From the NCBI GenBank assembly GCA_963767735.1, contig CAVYES010000008.1, positions 32,001-96,000 of the forward strand: a stretch of DNA of 64,000 nucleotides. Direction: 5' to 3'. Shown here piece by piece: positions 61,824-64,000 of this stretch (its first letter is position 1; each line of letters starts with the position of its first letter). The notes beneath the pieces were generated by a model. That model worked only from the letters and a program-made list of their open reading frames with translations. It ran no database searches and was not told where the DNA came from. This DNA comes from Candidatus Bathyarchaeota archaeon. Its GTDB lineage: Archaea > Thermoproteota > Bathyarchaeia > Bathyarchaeales > Bathycorpusculaceae. Made by a program: the position numbers and the translations under genes.

Positions 61824-62216
61824 TTAGCGTTCGTTGTTGGCTTTGTGTTTTAACTTTGGGATCGTTATTTCAAGGACATTCTTGTTGCACTGAGATACGA
61901 TGAACAGCATGTTTTCCAGTTGCAGATCCTTTAGGTTTAAAGGAATATTTCTGCTGCACACGTCACCGCAAACGACTATTTCTGATTCTTTCTTGATATG
62001 GCACTGTTCCTTGCAAACTGTTATTCCATCATGGTTCTTGTTCACGTGAATACTAACTTGTTCTTCTTGACATCTGCATTGAACCAAAAGCCTAACATTG
62101 TCTTCTTCGTCGATAACATCTATCAAAGGCTCTTCATATTGTTCAAAACTAGCACTATCTGATGTGGGTTTCTTAACAAGCACTTTACATAAATTAACAT
62201 CGAAACTATCTTCCAT
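61824..62216 (-). CDS. Divergent Hsp20/alpha-crystallin-like protein
   Basis: EPLIDVIDEEDNVRLLV...NVLEITIPK. Confidence 0.6.
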   Translation of the reverse strand: MEDSFDVNLCKVLVKKPTSDSASFEQYEEPLIDVIDEEDNVRLLVQCRCQEEQVSIHVNKNHDGITVCKEQCHIKKESEIVVCGDVCSRNIPLNLKDLQLENMLFIVSQCNKNVLEITIPKLKHKANNER

Positions 62217-62522
62217 GTTTTTCGCCTTCTAACAAAGAAGTATCGCCAAAGCATGCTTTAAATGTGCAAACATTGCTGCTCGTTGGCTATTCTCCTCATA
62301 ACTAACATGATAATTGGCTGGGTTAGAAACCTTTCGCAAAACGCGCGCTGCCTTGTCCCGAAATTATGTGTTGAAGAAAGTAGGTGAGGCTTTTTGTCGT
62401 GTCTGCCGATGTTTTCTGCGGCCTCTGTTCAGAACCAAACACAATATGCTGTACAAGGCGTAGCATGCAACGCTTTCTAAGCTTCTGACTTTGTTCGTGG
62501 TATTTTAGGGACAAACCAGCGT

Positions 62523-62655
62523 GCTTTTGACTTTTATTGACGTTTTTTGGCTTTTCTTGACGTCTATTGACTTTCTTTGACTTTTGTTGACGCAACCTGC
62601 AAACAATTTAAGCTCTGCTTCAAAAAAGCAACCTAAAGCAGCCTGAACAAAAATT
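62523..62655 (-). repeat. Leader-plus-decamer element, copy C
   Basis: Minus strand: TTGCTTTTTT (62631-62622), N17, GTTTGCAGGTTG (62604-62593), then 7 x 10 bp MGTCAA-type units (62592-62523). Confidence 0.85.
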
Positions 62656-62783
62656 TGCGACATAACAACTGTTTTCTGCACAAACGATAACCACACCAAA
62701 AATTAGAGACAGAGCAGCTCACGACCTACCCAAGAACAGGTTTCATTTAATATTGGTTTAGAACCACTTTGGTGCGGTTAAGG

Positions 62784-62856
62784 TGCGGTCACCGGGATTT
62801 GAACCCGGGTTGTCAGCTTGGGAAGCTGATGTCCTACCAGGCTGGACTACGACCGC
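62784..62856 (-). tRNA. tRNA-Gly (CCC)
   Basis: GCGGTCGTAGTCCAGCCTGGTAGGACATCAGCTTCCCAAGCTGACAACCCGGGTTCAAATCCCGGTGACCGCA; cloverleaf, anticodon CCC. Confidence 0.97.
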
Positions 62857-63123
62857 AAACGCTTTTTTGCATTGAGACCAGTTTGTTTTAGGTTTGCGTA
62901 AATATATTGATTCTCATACCTTTAATTGAGTAATAACTCCGTCAGGTTTAGTGACCTGTACCTTGTAAAACCTTAAAAAACCTGAAGGCTTCTTTTGATA
63001 ATTGGATGAAAACTCAATAAAAAAATTTTTACAAAAATAAGTTATTTCTTACTTCGGGCATCCGAGCAAGCATAATCGTTATCTCTGACTAAGTTGAAAG
63101 AATATCGAGGAGAAAAAAAAGCT

Positions 63124-64000
63124 TTGCCTAAAAGTTACACTTACACCGACGCAGGCGTAAACCGTAAACAACGTGCAGAGTCCAAAAAAGCGCTAAAAAA
63201 CCTCAAGGAAACTTACAAGTACAACCGCCTCGGCGTCATGCATCTACCATATGGCAACATTTTTCCAATTGGAGAAAACACTTTCCTTGACATGGTCATC
63301 GAAGGGGTAGGCACCAAAGTTCTCATAGCACAATTGGCACAGAAATATGACACCATAGGAATCGACGCCGTAGCCATGGCGGTCAACGACGTTATTCGTT
63401 CCGGAGCTAAACCACTCGCCATAGCAGATAACATACATGCACAAGAAAGCAACCCCGCGCTTGTAAACGCGTGGCTAAAAGGAATCATTCAGGGCGCAGC
63501 TCAAGCCGAATGCCCAGTTACTGGAGGAGAAACAGGCGATGTCGCTGAAATAATAAAGGGCTTAGCAGAAAACGCTGGGTTCGACATGGTGGTCGCTTCT
63601 GTCGGTGAAGTTGAGCGGCAAGAAATCATAACTGGAGAAAACATCAAACCCGGCGATCCGATAATAGGCTTAGCAAGCAGCGGATTGCATAGCAACGGCA
63701 TAACAATGGCAAGAAAAATTCTCTTTAAGCAATGGGGAGGAAAATACGAGCCAAACGACATCCCAGAAGGTTTAGACAGAGCAATTGTGCTCGAAGCTCT
63801 TGAACCAACAAAAATTTATGTTAAACCACTACTCAAACTAGCCAGCGAAGTTAGGGTCAAAGCAGCCGTGCATATCACAGGCGATGCCTACATGAAATTT
63901 AATAATTTGACCAGTTCTTCGTCCGGCATAGGCTTTGGATTCAACAACTTCAAACCCCAACCGATATTCGGGTTGATTCAAAAAACAGCCGCTGAACTAG
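63124..64000 (+). CDS. purM: Phosphoribosylformylglycinamidine cyclo-ligase, runs off the right edge
   Basis: Manual translation MPKSYTYTDAGVN...EGVGTK...IGIDAVAMAVND...GGET...SSGLHSNG...HITG. Confidence 0.93.
   Translation, partial: MPKSYTYTDAGVNRKQRAESKKALKNLKETYKYNRLGVMHLPYGNIFPIGENTFLDMVIEGVGTKVLIAQLAQKYDTIGIDAVAMAVNDVIRSGAKPLAIADNIHAQESNPALVNAWLKGIIQGAAQAECPVTGGETGDVAEIIKGLAENAGFDMVVASVGEVERQEIITGENIKPGDPIIGLASSGLHSNGITMARKILFKQWGGKYEPNDIPEGLDRAIVLEALEPTKIYVKPLLKLASEVRVKAAVHITGDAYMKFNNLTSSSSGIGFGFNNFKPQPIFGLIQKTAAEL

Overview
Archaeal chromosomal window. Bathyarchaeia is the likely source, inferred from the gene families: GPN-loop GTPase, AbrB-PhoU regulator, PEF-CTERM tails, archaeal tRNA-Gly and many TTG/GTG starts. 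Bases 1-8.6 kb hold housekeeping genes (methyltransferase, nitrilase, HtpX, CinA-like, bacterial-type MetK, RidA, GPN GTPase). Bases 10.6-60 kb form a phosphate locus. The pstB/phoU/pstS/pstC/pstA genes are interleaved with about 15 secreted cell-surface genes carrying about 12 cohesin-like and 6 dockerin-like modules, and both PstS paralogues end in a dockerin-like domain. A polyphosphate cluster follows (CYTH, ppk1, two CHAD-metallophosphoesterase-HD fusions, ppx, ppk2). The right end has a small tRNA-Gly-linked islet and the start of purM. The two strongest candidates for novelty are (1) a cellulosome-like cohesin-dockerin surface scaffold that appears to display phosphate-binding proteins rather than glycoside hydrolases, and (2) a dispersed non-coding element (4 copies) in which a fixed-spacing leader, TTGYTTTTTT-N17-GTTTGCAGGTWG, is followed directly by 6-7 tandem 10-bp units whose sequence differs at each locus. 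Five single-base frameshifts are probably sequencing or assembly errors. All domain calls were made by eye from motifs and no database searches were run.
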